From Sphaerodactylus townsendi (Eukaryota): a stretch of DNA of 64,000 nucleotides. The stretch spans positions 52,080,001-52,144,000 of the forward strand of contig NC_059427.1 of the NCBI RefSeq assembly GCF_021028975.2. The letters run 5' to 3'. This document shows positions 50,901 to 64,000 of the stretch, one piece after another. Position numbers and translations under genes: made by a program. Within the stretch, counting starts at the first letter, position 1. Each line of letters begins with the position of its first letter. The notes under the pieces were generated by a model that saw nothing but the letters and a program-made list of their open reading frames with translations, searched no databases and was not told the DNA's origin.

Positions 50901-53403
50901 GCTGCTTGCTTGACTTGAAAATTCCCATAATTTTGTGGAACTTCTTAAAATTTTGGGATTGGTTGTACCTCATGGTAACCATTTTGTGATTAGACCTGCC
51001 CCTATTAAAGCCCTTACCATTTCTGAAAATCCAAAAAGTGCCCTCAGGCTTAACAAGGTTGGAGACCATTGCTTTAACCCCGATGTAGACAGAGGAGTGA
51101 GCTGTCTAAACATTTGTACCTTTCTACCACATTCTATTCTTTGAGTTCGTGTAAAGATCCATAGTGTACACAGTGAAGTCATTTTCCCCTTGGCAAATTC
51201 TGAAATATGGCAGCATATGTTTTATTTGGCAGGGTACAGGAAGAGAGGGAGTGAGGGCTGAGGGGGCAGTGAGCGGTAAAAGGAAAAAGAAGCAGTGAGC
51301 TCAGTTATTCGGTTGAGAGTTGAGAGGAAATTAATTAACAGCTCTCTCGGGTATACATCTCCAACATTTGCTACCTCTGGTCAGCATTTTATGGAGGAAA
51401 ACTTTAGAGTAATTATACATTTTATTTATTTGGGTGTTTTTTTTAAGCAAAATAGCTCCAATGAACCCAAGCTCAGTTTACCTGTTGTTTAAGAAGAGGG
51501 GGAAATTTCAACATGCACGATAAGAGCAAAACCAGAGGGAACAACTTCTGAAAGAGAAGAGAAATCTGCAGCAAGGGCTGGGAGATTTATGATAAATGAA
51601 TAGTCGGGCCTCAGTGACGTTGATCTCCATTTTATTTTCCATCCCCTCATCTAATGCAGATTTTTTTTTCCCCTGAACAGATTTACAATTTATACTGATC
51701 ATGTCATTTCCACGATTCCCAAAGTTGTCAGGCCTTGCACAAGTCTGCTGGACTATTAGACGACATTCTGCTTGTCTGAAATTTCACAATGTGGGTGTCC
51801 TCAGGGAGTACTACAACCCCTGAGATTTTGTTCAACTTGGATGGAAAACTATGAAAATAACCCAAGGAAAGGGGAGGAGTTCTTCTACCAAAACCAATGT
51901 GAATAATCATGAAATAGAATTATGAAAATGAAACAACAATAACCAAGGAAATAATAACAAAACATAGCCATATGAGATAGTCCAATAACAAGAATGTCCC
52001 TTTTGGAATAAATAACAAAAACAAAATGAATGAAAACAACTTCAGTTTAGGATAGATAAGATAATTGGGTATCTCTGTTTCTAGTGGAGGTCATCTAAAA
52101 TGGTATCTGAAGCATGGCTTTACTACCTAATTCTAGGGAGATTCATATGAGAGAATCCACTCCTTCAGATAAAGTGGACCAAGGCCAACTCCTGCATCTT
52201 GGGTTGAAATTGGAAATATACTGGTAGCCTGTGCGGTTGTTTCAACACAGACTGCTGATGTCTGCTTGTTGCGAAATTAATTTGCCTACAGCATTGGCTG
52301 TTTCCACTCAAGGATTTTCCCCCACATGGATTGCAGGAAGCCCCTGCAGGGAAGGGGAGTGTCCAGATGGCATTGTGCCCAATTTGAGCATGACTTGCCG
52401 GGTTTACATTCCTCCATTCTCCCCATCCCCCATTCTGGAGAAAATATAAACCTCCTTTTCAGTGACATAAAGAAGAAAATGTAGAGTGACTGTACATAGA
52501 ATATCTATTTGGATGCTCCCCTCCCCCCACAGCTACTACAGGGAGAGGGTATAATAAATGTCTGCATTCCACCCACCACCCACCCCCTGGTTCTTTAAAG
52601 GGCTTTTGCATTTCTTTACTGAACTAAGCTGTAGAACTACAGTACATTTAGGAAAATAAAAAAGAAAATAGCCCTTTGAAGGCTTTTAAAGAGCAGGTGA
52701 AGGCTGTGGGGCCACCTGAGCAATGCGCAGATATGGTTGGGAGGAGCAAGAGGTGAGGGGGCAGCGGTCGGCTAACTGGATGTGGCTGGTGTTCCTGCCC
52801 ATTCCTGTACCACTCGTTTTGCTGCTGTGGTTGGGGCTCATTTCCATGTCCCAATATGGAAGCAGCCATTGTGTATCAGCCGTGGTTTCCAAATACGAAG
52901 GTTAAAGTAGAGAGCATTACTGTAGTCTAGGTGTTTGTAATTCTTGGATGACTGTGGCCAGATTTATGTCCAATGCCATACCTTATAGGACTGGTGTGAG
53001 GATAAGCTAGATAAAAAATACTATGAAAAATGCTATGAAATGACTACTGTCGATAATATGCCCCTTAGAATTGCCAGCTGCCTCACAAATTCCTAATCCT
53101 TCAAGGAAATGGTAAGCTACTTGAATTGGGGGTGGTTGGTACCATATTGACTTAAAAACTGGCTATCCCTCCCCCAGTAGATCCCATGACTGGTGGGCTT
53201 TTGTTTTGAATGGGGACTGTTTTCTCCTGACTGCACAAGGAACTGTCCACAATTGGTATATGGAAGAGGATGAGGTCTTAGGGCCTTGATGTGCAGGGTT
53301 GCAAAGGTCAGGGTGAAATCCTAAGGTTTATCCTTCCCTCTTTTGGATGAGCTTGGTTTTGCTTGCCCTCATTTGCCCACAATGGCGCCTGATGCCTTTT
53401 CAG

Positions 53404-53512
53404 TTTGGCAGCCTGATGGCAGCAGTGAACCAGCAGCTCGTGGACTTGTCAAAGGCATTCCTTCACTTTAATCCTATTGACAGAGGCTGCTGCCTGGAAC
53501 AGGAACTGCGGG
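53404..53512 (+). other. candidate 109-bp exon
   Basis: gccttttcAG acceptor and GGG|GTGAGC donor; unique sequence; frame 0 open. Confidence 0.3.
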
Positions 53513-54172
53513 GTGAGCCATGTCAACAGCAGATTCTTATTACAGATAATATTGATGGGGCCTTTACTTGAATAATGAAGGGAAGAGCCCTCTGCTTTGA
53601 CGTTTGTCTCCAAAACCCAGAATTACCAAGAGTTTAAACAGCGGAGGGGAGCTTAAGATAGTTGCATCTTAAAAGATCTGCTTTCTTGTCGCTTTCAGGG
53701 CTGGGGAAAGGAGTTTAGCCCCGTATGCCGCAAGCTCCGTGCTGACCTTTTCACTCCTCTTAATAAATGTTACAGTTAAATAAAGTCTGATGGATTTTCC
53801 TATCTGCTGTAATGTGTTATCCACTTTCCAAAAAAGAAAGCTCCCAAATCCCTATTTAATATCAGTGTTGCTCATTATCTTTTCTAGCTGCGGGGCAAAA
53901 GGCAGGGCAGGGACAAGGCAACTCAGCCTGCATTATCTGCGGTCATTGCTACCACTGCCTATTTTTAAACATGGGAGGCTCTGCATGCATCACGGGGTGG
54001 GCAGTTAACCTGGGTTTGCATAAATTCTCATTCCTTGAGCATCTTCATAGCTGGAGAAGAAAGGCAAGGTTTGGAAAAGACATCTTTCCCTCCCTCATTC
54101 TACTAAATGAAATTACAATCAATATTGTCTCCCTCTTTCCTTCCTTTCTTTTGCCTCTTCTGTGTTTCCTAG

Positions 54173-54274
54173 GATTGCAATGGTAAACAGAGATTGTTGT
54201 TGAGCATTTGCTGAAGCTGGATTTGCTATTTTACCAGGATTTGATCCACAGGCCTTCAGTGCACAGGTCAACAG
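54173..54274 (+). ncRNA. candidate 102-bp non-coding exon (lncRNA or UTR)
   Basis: ~45-nt polypyrimidine tract ending tttcctAG; consensus CAG|GTGAGT donor; stops in all three frames. Confidence 0.5.
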
Positions 54275-54302
54275 GTGAGTAAGTATGTCAACAACACATT
54301 TC

Positions 54303-54510
54303 TGACGTCATATTTGTGATGTTTCTATTTGTCCTCATGCATGGGAATGAGCTTAATTAGCTTAACTACCGCATGATTGGAAAAAGTAACACATGAATTA
54401 GACCTCTGCCTCCATGATTGGAAGACACTTATCTTGAAAGAGAGAGAAAGAAGGGGAGGGAGGGAAGGAGGGAGGGAGGGAGGGAGAGGGGGGAGAGTGA
54501 GCGAGCAATA
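54303..54510. promoter_or_regulatory. promoter/enhancer-like motif cluster
   Basis: Full CRE TGACGTCA 54303-54310; two catgATTGGaa boxes (54376, 54417); (GGGA)n purine tract ~54440-54500. Confidence 0.4.
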
Positions 54511-56679
54511 CAGCTGATCATCCTGGTGATTTTGTAGACCAGCAGGTTTTGGGACACATCTGCATAACCACTGCCCACATTCCCATGAAATTATTGCCTT
54601 TCCCCATCATGATGGCCTCACTTGGACCTCTTCCACAAACTGAGGATTCTCTGCTTTGCTATCATTGCTGCTCTGGATGCAGAGGCATAGGCATTTGTGA
54701 CAAACTACCACACATGGAAGTCCTCTGCATAATATCTCACCCCAACATTTCTGTTTCACACATTTTCCAGGCATTATGGTTTCCATGGTCACCTGTTGCC
54801 TGTTATGTGTGTGTGTGTGCGTGGGGGGGCTCTATTGAAATTTAAATGGAACTAGAGAAGTGATGATGGATCATTATAGCTGTATCAACACAATTTTTTT
54901 GTCTTCAAAAAATTGGTGGCAAAAAATTCAGGGGAAGTGGCCACCCACCATGGGCTGATGGCAGGAAATGGTGCTAATGTGGGTGGGATCCTAAAAGGGC
55001 AGGAAAATGTGCACTATTGCTTCCAAATGGCACAAATGCACTTGGACTATATATTTTCCCAAAAACAGATTTGGGAAAAGTGTACAGAGGACAGGACGGA
55101 AATGGAAACAGGACAATTTTAATGCACTGCAATGAATGTAAAGTACATTCTATTCCCAGGGGTATCCTGTTAATTCTTAGGGTGGGCAGTTGCCCATTAT
55201 TTTACTGACTGATAAAATGTGTTCTTCTCACAGGTAACTAGTATTGTGGAATCAATGGCTAGTAAACTTCAGAGCCATCCTGACAAAGCTTTTTTAAAAA
55301 CTTCATAACCTGCTTCCAGAGCTGCTAGGCGGCATTTGCAAGATCCGGATAGATGCTGCCCCTGAACCTCCTAGATTCTGCACCCCAATAAGAGTTGCTG
55401 AATTTTTTGCTTATGAATAATTTGCTTTTACTGTCACTCTGTTTCAGACTCAGCCTGTTCCTTCAAGTGAACTAAGGCAGGCTGACATTCCTCATCCTTG
55501 TATTGTACAGGGAGGCATTCTACTCCGGAATGCACAGGTTCCCCAAAGCTAGTATAGTGTGACCATACCCTTAGATTGCTCACGAAGCATCTGAGTATTA
55601 TATCTGATTTGAACAGTCATGCATTCCTCATGTGAAAACAGCATCAGCACTCTTTTAGTATGAGTAATTCTTTTCTGGTTTTTGAGGAAGGGAAATGATA
55701 ATAAGCCCCCCCCCCAAAGGACTGCCCTATGAAGCCCTGTGAAGTATGTTATCTCTGTCTTTGCATGTGGTTAGATACCTTAATACCTAGAGTGGCAAAG
55801 GTTAGGGTGGCGGTGAAACAGAAAAGACAGACACCTATTTTAACTCTAGAGAGGCTTCTGCTGCTATTGGGTGCCTAGAAAAGTTGCGCACCTCTTAAAC
55901 CCACGAATGTTTTGAGGTTTATCTATGCCAATGTCTGCCTGTTGTGTTTGAGCTTGAAGTGGACATGATATGTGGTTTCACCTTTGCACAAGGACTTCAC
56001 TGGTCTTTGGAGCCCTTGTCTGTTGTCGCTACAATTAACTAGTGAACTGCAAACATACTGCCTTCCCTCCCAGTGAAGATTTATGCCCTCTAACTTCCTG
56101 ACAACTGAGGTGTGGCATATAAACTCCCCAGTGCTTTTCATAATAACTTTGGACAATTGAATAAGGCTTTCCTTGACGTCACCCAGTCTCACTGTACAAG
56201 GCGTTCGCTTCCCAAGAGGAATGGGAGTGCAGAGTGAATGGGTCCAGCCAGCATTTCTTTTAAAGGACCAAATGGCCCTGTGCCACTTGGTCTCAGCCTG
56301 GCAGGAAGAAAGTGAGATGTTTCTTGCTGTTGTTATGGGCCTCCCGATGAGAGTCAGTGTATTCACTATTCAAAAAACACTGAAAGGAATAGAGGCTGGC
56401 TCTTGAGAAGCTTGCTAAAAGCAGTAGGGAAGGGACCTCTGAGAACCAACAAACCAATCATTGACTGACTTGGGGAGCATGGCTGACAACTAATCTCAGT
56501 CCCTGAACTGTTCCCTGGGATACTTTGTACCATGTTGAGAGGAAGCAAATGGTAAGGCTTATCACTAAACAACAGCAGGTAGGTAGCAAGCACCTGCATG
56601 CCATTCTCTAACAATTGGGATGTTCCAGGGTGCTGCTATGAGAGCAACACTCATGTACATTCCTTAGACCATCAAAATG

Positions 56680-58100
56680 TCTCCCAGCACACATCAGGGA
56701 AGTAAGCTGAAGTCACTCATAACTACTGGGTCAATTTTTTTTGGACACTCTGTCAGGCTATTCAAGGAAGGCAGAATCTACCTGCTGACTATGGTTGGGA
56801 GGTCTGCAGCAGACTCCAACCACAATACTGTTGCTATCTTTCCCTTCTCCTCATCCAGATACTTTCCACTGAGCTTTCACCCTTCTCCTTCACTATTTCC
56901 TGACAAGTAAACCCTCTCCTTACACACATCATTATTCCACTTCCTCTTTGAACTTTTGGTTTTTCTTGAACTGGCATCCATCCACATTCTACACTACATT
57001 CCAGTCATCTTAATAATCCCATCAAGTCTCTGTAATGTCCTCTAAATCATATCCCTCTGTCTGCATTAGAAGTTCAAGCTCTTCCTTATTGCTCAAGCTT
57101 TGGGCATTGGTAGATAGTCACCTGAAGCCCTGCACCTTCAGCTGCATTACTCGGCCCTCCCAGGTGGGCCTCTGCTCTTTGCTCTCCTTTATATTCCTGT
57201 GCTGGTCATCTCCTTCCCCTAGTGGAAGGAAGCTCTCCTGATGAATCTCTCCAAGTTTCTGCCGAACACATTCTTCCCTGCCCTTGATAGGTGAAGTCCA
57301 TCATGTGCTAATACGTGATCATCCAGAAAACGTAGCCCATGCTCCCAGAATCTAAATGTTTCCTGCCAGTACCACCAATGCAGCCTGTGGTACACCTCAA
57401 TGATCTTCTCATCCCATTTTTCTTCTTCTGACAGGCAAGATGGAAGAGAACACCACCTGTGCCCCTGTTACCTTCATCCTCCTCCCAGGAGCTTTGTAAT
57501 CAGACTTCATGTTTTTAAGGATCTTCACAGCCATGTAGTGTGTTCTCACATAGACCATCATGCATGGGTAATGATCTGTAGGTTTGATCAGTTTAAGGAT
57601 CCAATCTGCAATATCTTTAATTTTTGTCCCTGGCAAGCAACACACCTCTCAGGTGAGCGGGTTAGACCTGGACACATGATGATCTACACCCCCAGCAAAG
57701 AGTTACCTATTATTTATGTTTTCCTTTTCCTTCCAATGCCATTTCTTCATATCCCTCTGTCCTCCTTCCTCTTTCTTCCTTGTGTTTGTGATACTTCTGC
57801 TGGCAGTTTTTCCATCTCTGCCGCCACCACAAGAGCCTGGAATTGATTCCTGAGCTCTAATGTAAATCAAGCAACGTTCTGAAAGGAAAATGCCCTTCAG
57901 GATATGGTTACAAACAATGCTAGGGGGAGAAGAGATCAACAGGCCAATCCCAGGTGGTATCCATCTGGTGCTTCTGCATCATGTAGGCCGTGCCAACTAC
58001 ATGTCTGCTGTTTCTGCAGTGCTGATTGTCTCTTGAGTAGGATAGAATCATGACTCAGGGTACTTCCTCCTCTCCAACAGGTTCCTTTGAAAAGGCAGCA
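56680..58100 (-). mobile_element. degenerate CR1 fragment (ORF1 esterase + ORF2 endonuclease N-terminus)
   Basis: CCLPGTKIKDIADWILKLIKPTDHYP (CR1 ORF1 SGNH domain); downstream TNAQSLSNK.EELE...ITET and VMSDF (APE motifs). Confidence 0.85.
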
Positions 58101-58391
58101 GAGAAATGGACCAAATAAATAAACAGGTAACTTGGACTATCAAAATGCAGCAGTTTGAATCATTTTCTGAATGGATGAATTTTATGTAACGTGAAGTTTC
58201 AATCTAAACATTTTAAATGCTGAGTCCTTCCATAGCTTTAAACATGTGGATGTAGTAAGTGGCATTTTGTATTTCCATTCTTTGCCATTGCCAAGGCTTC
58301 AGAACAGCTATCCGATCTTTGTGGATTAACCCTTAGACTAACAGCTATTTGAAGTTTCAGACAGTAGCCGTTTCAGACAGTGGCCTGGAGT

Positions 58392-58485
58392 AGAACAGTT
58401 GGATTTGAGTCCAGTAGCACCTTAGAGATCAGCAAGAGTTTCAGGGTGAGAGTTTTTGAGAGTCAAAGCTCCGTTCGTCAGACAC
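58392..58485 (-). mobile_element. Penelope-like terminus with a decayed hammerhead ribozyme
   Basis: Minus strand tCTGACGAacggagctttgactctcAAAAa...ctctaaggtgctactggactc; CUGACGA core intact, GAAA box mutated. Confidence 0.65.
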
Positions 58486-59467
58486 AGTCAGACTCAGCTA
58501 TTTCCAGTGTGCAATACCATTCCTGTGTGTAGTACATAAATTACTCTTATTTATATCTCTTGCTCAGTTCTGATAATTAATGCTATAGATGGACTGTGTG
58601 CAAAGTACCCCCCGACTTTTTATAGCTATTCATTCAAAATTCTGTAGTTTGCATAATACCCAGAATGCAATGCCAATGAAAGACTTCATTTGAAACATTA
58701 TGTAATTGATAAGGAAGTCATGTTACATGATCGTTTATAAATATTTCACAGTTGTTTTTTTAAAAGACTTCATAATTAGCATGCAAGATAAGAGTAACCG
58801 TGACATTCTCTATCAACGTACATGTTTGATTTTGAAAGTGGAGTCTCAGATTCTGCAGATGTGTTAAAAGATGAAGTTAAGTGTGTTAAGTATTTTAAAT
58901 TGGGTAATAACTATAGATCACCTCCTTTAAATAAAAAGCCCTCACAAAACTTTCCCCGTGTCTGATTGGTTCCCATAATAGATTCTTACAGAAAATAGGA
59001 AATGCACTAATTAAAAAGAATGCTGACAAAAGAGAATTCTGATTGGAAAGTTCCATCTAGAATTAATTGTATGCACGAGGCTCTCTACAGCTAACAAAAT
59101 AAGGAGTAGAAGTTTCAAGAATGATCAACAAGTTTAAAGAAAGTTTCTCCACAGCAGTTTAGCAATAGGGAATGATGAAGCTAATTGGAATTGAGCACAG
59201 CAGCGCTCCTAACCCTTCTACAGTGCTTTCAGACATCTTGCATACCCCAATGGCAAACCCTCGGATTTTAACTGAATGCCTTGCCTGGCAGTCCAGTGTT
59301 CAGCAGCTACAAATTTCACTTGTCACAAATTACTCTCAGTCTGCTCTAGGGACCACCAGCATAACAGTTCATGAATGAAATCCTTCAACATACCCCAAAA
59401 TGGGGCAATATAAAAATATTTGGTGTACAGCCTTTCATCAGAGAACCGGTATACTGGCCAGCATTTG

Positions 59468-59650
59468 TCTTGGACTGGAGAGAACTGGGTTCAAATTCTC
59501 ATTCAGCCACAAAGCTCACTAGGTGGTCTTCAGTCAGTCACTATCTTTTATCTTAACCTGTCTCAGGAGGTTATCCTATGAGGGAAAAATGGGGTGATCC
59601 TTATGGATGGTCTCTTGAATTTTCTGGAAGAAGAGCAGGATTGAAATATA
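59468..59650 (+). mobile_element. MIR-like tRNA SINE
   Basis: gggttcaaattc B-box, ttaacctgtctcaggaggtt core. Confidence 0.6.
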
Positions 59651-60314
59651 ACTTAGTGTGCAGTGTAATTCTTGACATCATTCTCAAGCATTCTAAGCTC
59701 TGTTGGGCAGCAAACATCCCTGGGGCAGGGAGAATCCCTTCAGCTGCACACAAAATGTCAGGTGCAAGCTGAGGGTGAAATTGACCAGATAGCAAAGCAG
59801 TTGAATGGGAAAAATTAGATGCCTCCTGGATTCCACACAGCCAGGCAGGAGACATCTTGCAGGTGGCTTAAAGGAAAAATGTGCATTTTGAAGCATTTTT
59901 TAAAAAAGACGTCTTGAGCAGAAATAAGGCATCCTAAGGATGTCTCGGGAAAAAGACTGTGCCTCGTTTCTTCCCAGGATGCCTTTTTTTGTATCCTCAG
60001 GACGTCTTATTTCAGCTGTGCAGAACAGCCCAGTGTTTCTACTGTGTGCTATATTGGAAGAGTCCTTTACATCAATCTTACCTGCTTAATTTTGTGAAGT
60101 ACATTGTCCTCATTTCTCCAGCCAGAGGGGTGAAGAAGTTCCTGCTGTTGGGTATTTATGTTCTGAAATGAGAACTTGTAAAGGTTCTGATGTAATCAGA
60201 TGTAAAAGCTAGCTGATATGTGCCAATATGGAACAGGTTCTGGCATCACTACCGCATCAACATATTGTGCTGCTGACATGATGCAGTTATGTTGGCATCA
60301 GGTCACTGTCACAG

Positions 60315-60452
60315 GACAGTTTAGGAGACTAAACAGAGCAACTCATAGACTTTTGTAAGGACAACAATTTGTTAATTGAAAACACACATATCTGGAAACC
60401 AAACAGACAATTGCATACATGGACCTTACCAGATGGCCAGTATAGAAATTAT
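60315..60452 (+). mobile_element. RTE-BovB endonuclease fragment
   Basis: Encodes EQLIDFCKDNNLLIENT..KPNRQLHTWTLPDGQYRN. Confidence 0.75.
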
Positions 60453-61048
60453 ATGTTAAGGCAAAAATAGCACAATTCCGTGGTCCTGACTCCTTGACTA
60501 AAGAAAAGCAAAAAGCAATGGTGCTTAAGGGAAAATATTTGATGTCTATGCACCCCTATGCATTTTGCATTAGCTTTATCAGGGGGATATAAGTTCAAAG
60601 ACTGTATGCAGTCTTATTCTTTCCTTTCTAAAGTGGTGTTGTGCTTTCTTTTTTTCAGCAGAAGGAAATTCCATCTCGATTGCATGTAGAATCAGTGACC
60701 AAAGTCCAAGTACAGACTTCTGAAAGGTTTTCAGAAAGCTTTGCCAGCTATGATACACACTGACTAATTAAATATTCTTAAGCATTCAAGCTGCAAAGTC
60801 TGCAGAATTTGGTTTCTCTGGTTGTATATGATCAGGCTTGGGATGGGGGAGAAGGATATATGGGACCTGATATTCTAGTGGATTTTTCAGAATCTTTTGT
60901 TGGTGAGGGTGTGATTGCTGTATACACACAAATTCGATTTTATTGCTGTATACACACAAATACATGCTCCGCTTCTTCTGGAACACTGGCTTTTCACACT
61001 ACTACTTTAATATTTTTTAACATCCTGCTTATAATCCCAAGTCTTAGA

Positions 61049-61189
61049 GGCTCATTCCGCACATGCAGAATAATGCACTTTCAAACTGCTTTCAGTGCTC
61101 TTTGAAGCTGTGCGGAATAGCAAAATCCACTTGCAAACAGTTGTGAAAGCGGTTTGAAAACGCATTATTTTGCGTGTGCGGAAGGGGCC
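61049..61189. mobile_element. 141-bp PIF/Harbinger-type MITE
   Basis: TIRs ggctcattccgcac / gtgcggaaggggcc; TSD aga; inverted twin of 3557-3697. Confidence 0.92.
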
Positions 61190-62225
61190 AGAGAAAGGGA
61201 ATAAAAACAATGTTTTCCTTGCCACCTTTAGTTACTACTAGTAGTCTTTCATACTAACTTACCAACTATGTTCTCATTCACTCCCTTCTCACACTTTCTC
61301 TCTGCAATTTTGTGTTTGGGTCTGGCAGCCTATACTTTGTTTGGGAGCCCAGTCACCTTTTCCTGCATTTTTTCCAATGGGAAAAAAAATCAGAAATCCC
61401 TCAGGATCTGTCACCATACTTCTCTGGGGACTGTTAAAAAACAACAAAACCCTTCAATGTAAATAGCAGGAAATAAAATGCAGACAGAGAACAGAGTTCA
61501 GCAAACTGACTAAAATAAAACATGGTGCAAGAGGGGCTCATTTATAAATAGGAAATGAAGAGTGTTTATTTTTCACTGATAAAGTATTTGATTGTGCTGA
61601 AGGTCATACAAAATGTCAATAGAAACATGACAAGCAGAGCACCGGCCAGAAAAGCCATTGGGTTTTCAATGCTGGTCTCCTGTAGGTCTAGCTCAGAGCT
61701 GAAGCTCCTTTATTTACTTCACTTTTGATGGGTCTAATGGCTTTGTTAAAGTGATCTGACATATTAGGCTCCGCCAACTGTAAGCAGAACAATCCACTGG
61801 GAGCAGTTAATCCTGAACTAGATAAACTGCAAGGAAGAACAGTTTCTGGAGCCTCTATGCATGACTGTTTAATAAGAACGCTGTCAGATTGTTAATCCAA
61901 CTCCTTTGAATGTAGAGGCCAGTACCTTCATTATAGTTGATTTTTAATTCTTGGTTACTGTTACCATATGGGAATAGGCATCTCTGAGGCTGATGACAAT
62001 GGCAGCAGGTGTAGAAAAGTTTAAGATGAGCTTCAAGAGAGAAGATAAAAGGCTGGAGGAGGATAAATGCAAGACTTTCTCAGGAATCTCCTCCGCTTTA
62101 TCCCAACCCAGCCTACCTAAGCATGCCATTTCATGGATTATTTGGCAGAAGAGCCCAAGAAGAGGGGGCGCAAAAATAAGGTCTTGCCCTGGGCGCCATT
62201 TTTGCCGGTACGCCTCTGACAGAGA

Positions 62226-64000
62226 GTGCTTGGAAATAATTTTCCCATCGACTTTTACTTCCTGCTATTCGTGATTCAAAGGATTCTCAGCTCAAAATTA
62301 ATCCAACTGGCCATTAAGCACAACAAACTATGGCTGAATGATCTAAAATGCTATGATCACGCCCAAGATTTTACTTTTGTCTCACCTTATGGTTGCAGTG
62401 TTGTTGATTACCTCCTGATATCCCCGAACCTAAGATCATCAGTCCTATCCTTTAAGATTAGGGATCTTTTGTTGGGTGATCCCCTTAGACTTGTTTTGCT
62501 TCATGAGGAAGGTGATAATGTGGTTCAATCATCTTCCAGTGACTACCTACCTAGATTACTCTGGTCACCAAAGTTGCCATTAGTTACTGAAAACTTACTT
62601 AGATCTCCTAGAGTTACTAGCCTTAAATCCTCTGTTCTTACTGCAGATTCCCACTTCGGGACAATCTCTAAGTTCGAATTCCTCCTTGAGTAAGTTGTGG
62701 ATGTCCTTATGAAGTTCTGTGTTGAGGCACCAAGGAATTGTAGCAAGGGATCGTCTTGGTTCAATAGGGAGTGCTTGGAGCTATAGGGGATCTAGAGCCC
62801 CTGACCTTCTCAATCAATTCATACAATGTAGGAATATTCTCCATTTGTTAATAAAAAACAATAAGAGACAACTCGAACATGTTAACGCTCAATGGGAACG
62901 TCTACACTTAGCAATGGTAACCAACAATTCTAAGCAATTCTGGGCTTAACAATGTTGACCGAGGGAATCTACCTACTCCTAATATTTCCCCTGACATTTG
63001 GCATAACTATTTTGCAATCTTTTAAAAGACAAAATAAGAAATGGACCTCCCTTGACCATACCTCCAGTTTTACCAAATTGGCCGCCTGTTTCAATACAAG
63101 AAGTGTCTGAGTTATTGGATGACCTGAAAGGAAGAAAAGCCCCTGTGCCTGATATTATCATCCCAGAGGTTTTGAAACTACATACTGCCTGGTGGGCCCC
63201 ATTTTGGCTACTCTTTTTACTCAAGTTAATAACTCGGGTATTCTTCCTAAGTCTTGGTTGTTAGCAACTGTGGTTCCAATTTATTAAAAAGGGGGATCAC
63301 TTAGACCCAGCTAATTTTTGCACTATCAGTTTTCTTTCTGTAATTGGGAAAATTTACACCAAATTATTACTAAGGAAGTTACAGTCATAATTACACTACA
63401 CTCTCAGGTAGTGGGGGCTGAACAAATAGGTTTCTGTAAAGGGAAATCACCCTTAGACCTCACCTTAGTGCTATTGCACTTAGCCAGTAAATATTCGCTT
63501 AAATCAAACAAACTACGCTGCATTAATTGATTTGAAGGAAGCCTTTGACTCTGTCCCCAGAGCATTGCTCTGGGCAAAACTGGCTGACTATAACATTGAT
63601 TCCAGACTTCTTTTTCTAATAAGGCAACCTTATACTAACACCAGTTGCCGGATTAAGCTCCCAAGAGGGTCTTTTGTCTGATAGTATACCCATTTTTAAA
63701 TGGGCCAAGCAAGGCTGTATCTTAACCCCTACCCCTTTTAACCTCTTTTGAAGAGATCTTCCCTCTGCTGTTTTTGAGGTTAATAGCCATTCTCTGAAGT
63801 TAGGTCCATCCCATGTATCAATTCTGCTATACGCAGACGATGATGTGTTACTCTCCCGGTCCAGGGTTGGCCTTAGACAATTAAAGAAGCACTGTGTGGA
63901 CTACTGTGAATCCAATAGACTGGCAATCAGTTATAAGAAAACCAAGGTCTTGGTCTTTTCTAAATACCACAAGAAGTGTAGTTGGGTAATACACAACATT
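62226..64000 (+). mobile_element. frameshifted APE-RT non-LTR retrotransposon (RTE-X-like), running off the window end
   Basis: APE end FTFVSPYGCSVVDYLL; RT motifs QIGFCKGKS, DLKEAFDSVPR (63529), KQGCIL (63707), YADD (63830-63841). Confidence 0.9.

Noticed and set aside
51482-51547. 66-bp minus-strand candidate exon
   Set aside because: The splice sites are plausible but it is isolated with an uninformative peptide; such pairs occur by chance.
8043-60961. Short direct repeats (8043, 21034, 26268, 29673, 58353, 60915) as arrays or CRISPR
   Set aside because: These are two-copy local slippage duplications in eukaryotic DNA with no repeat-spacer structure.

Overview
This is 64 kb of vertebrate genomic DNA. 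The repeat content points to a squamate, most likely a gecko: Squam3-like and 5S-derived Sauria-type SINEs, CR1 LINEs with (TTCTTATG)n tails, RTE/BovB, Penelope termini, and many PIF/Harbinger and hAT MITEs. I found no intact host protein-coding gene, and nearly all listed ORFs are chance ORFs or TE-derived. The window looks like a gene desert or large intron. It has a TE-poor block resembling conserved non-coding elements (~9.6-11.4 kb), an orphan CpG island (~24.0-24.96 kb) and a few isolated well-formed splice-site pairs that may be lncRNA/UTR exons. The main find is a 1.75-kb non-autonomous hAT-type DNA transposon (38038-39785) with decayed CAGGGCCGGATCTA-type TIRs and a perfect 8-bp TSD (GGTTGGAT). 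It carries a captured, CpG-decayed copy of the PAXIP1/PTIP first coding exon with its splice donor and probable flanking 5'UTR/intron-1 DNA. This is a Pack-MULE-like gene-capturing element in a reptile. Family names come from recognition by eye, not database searches.
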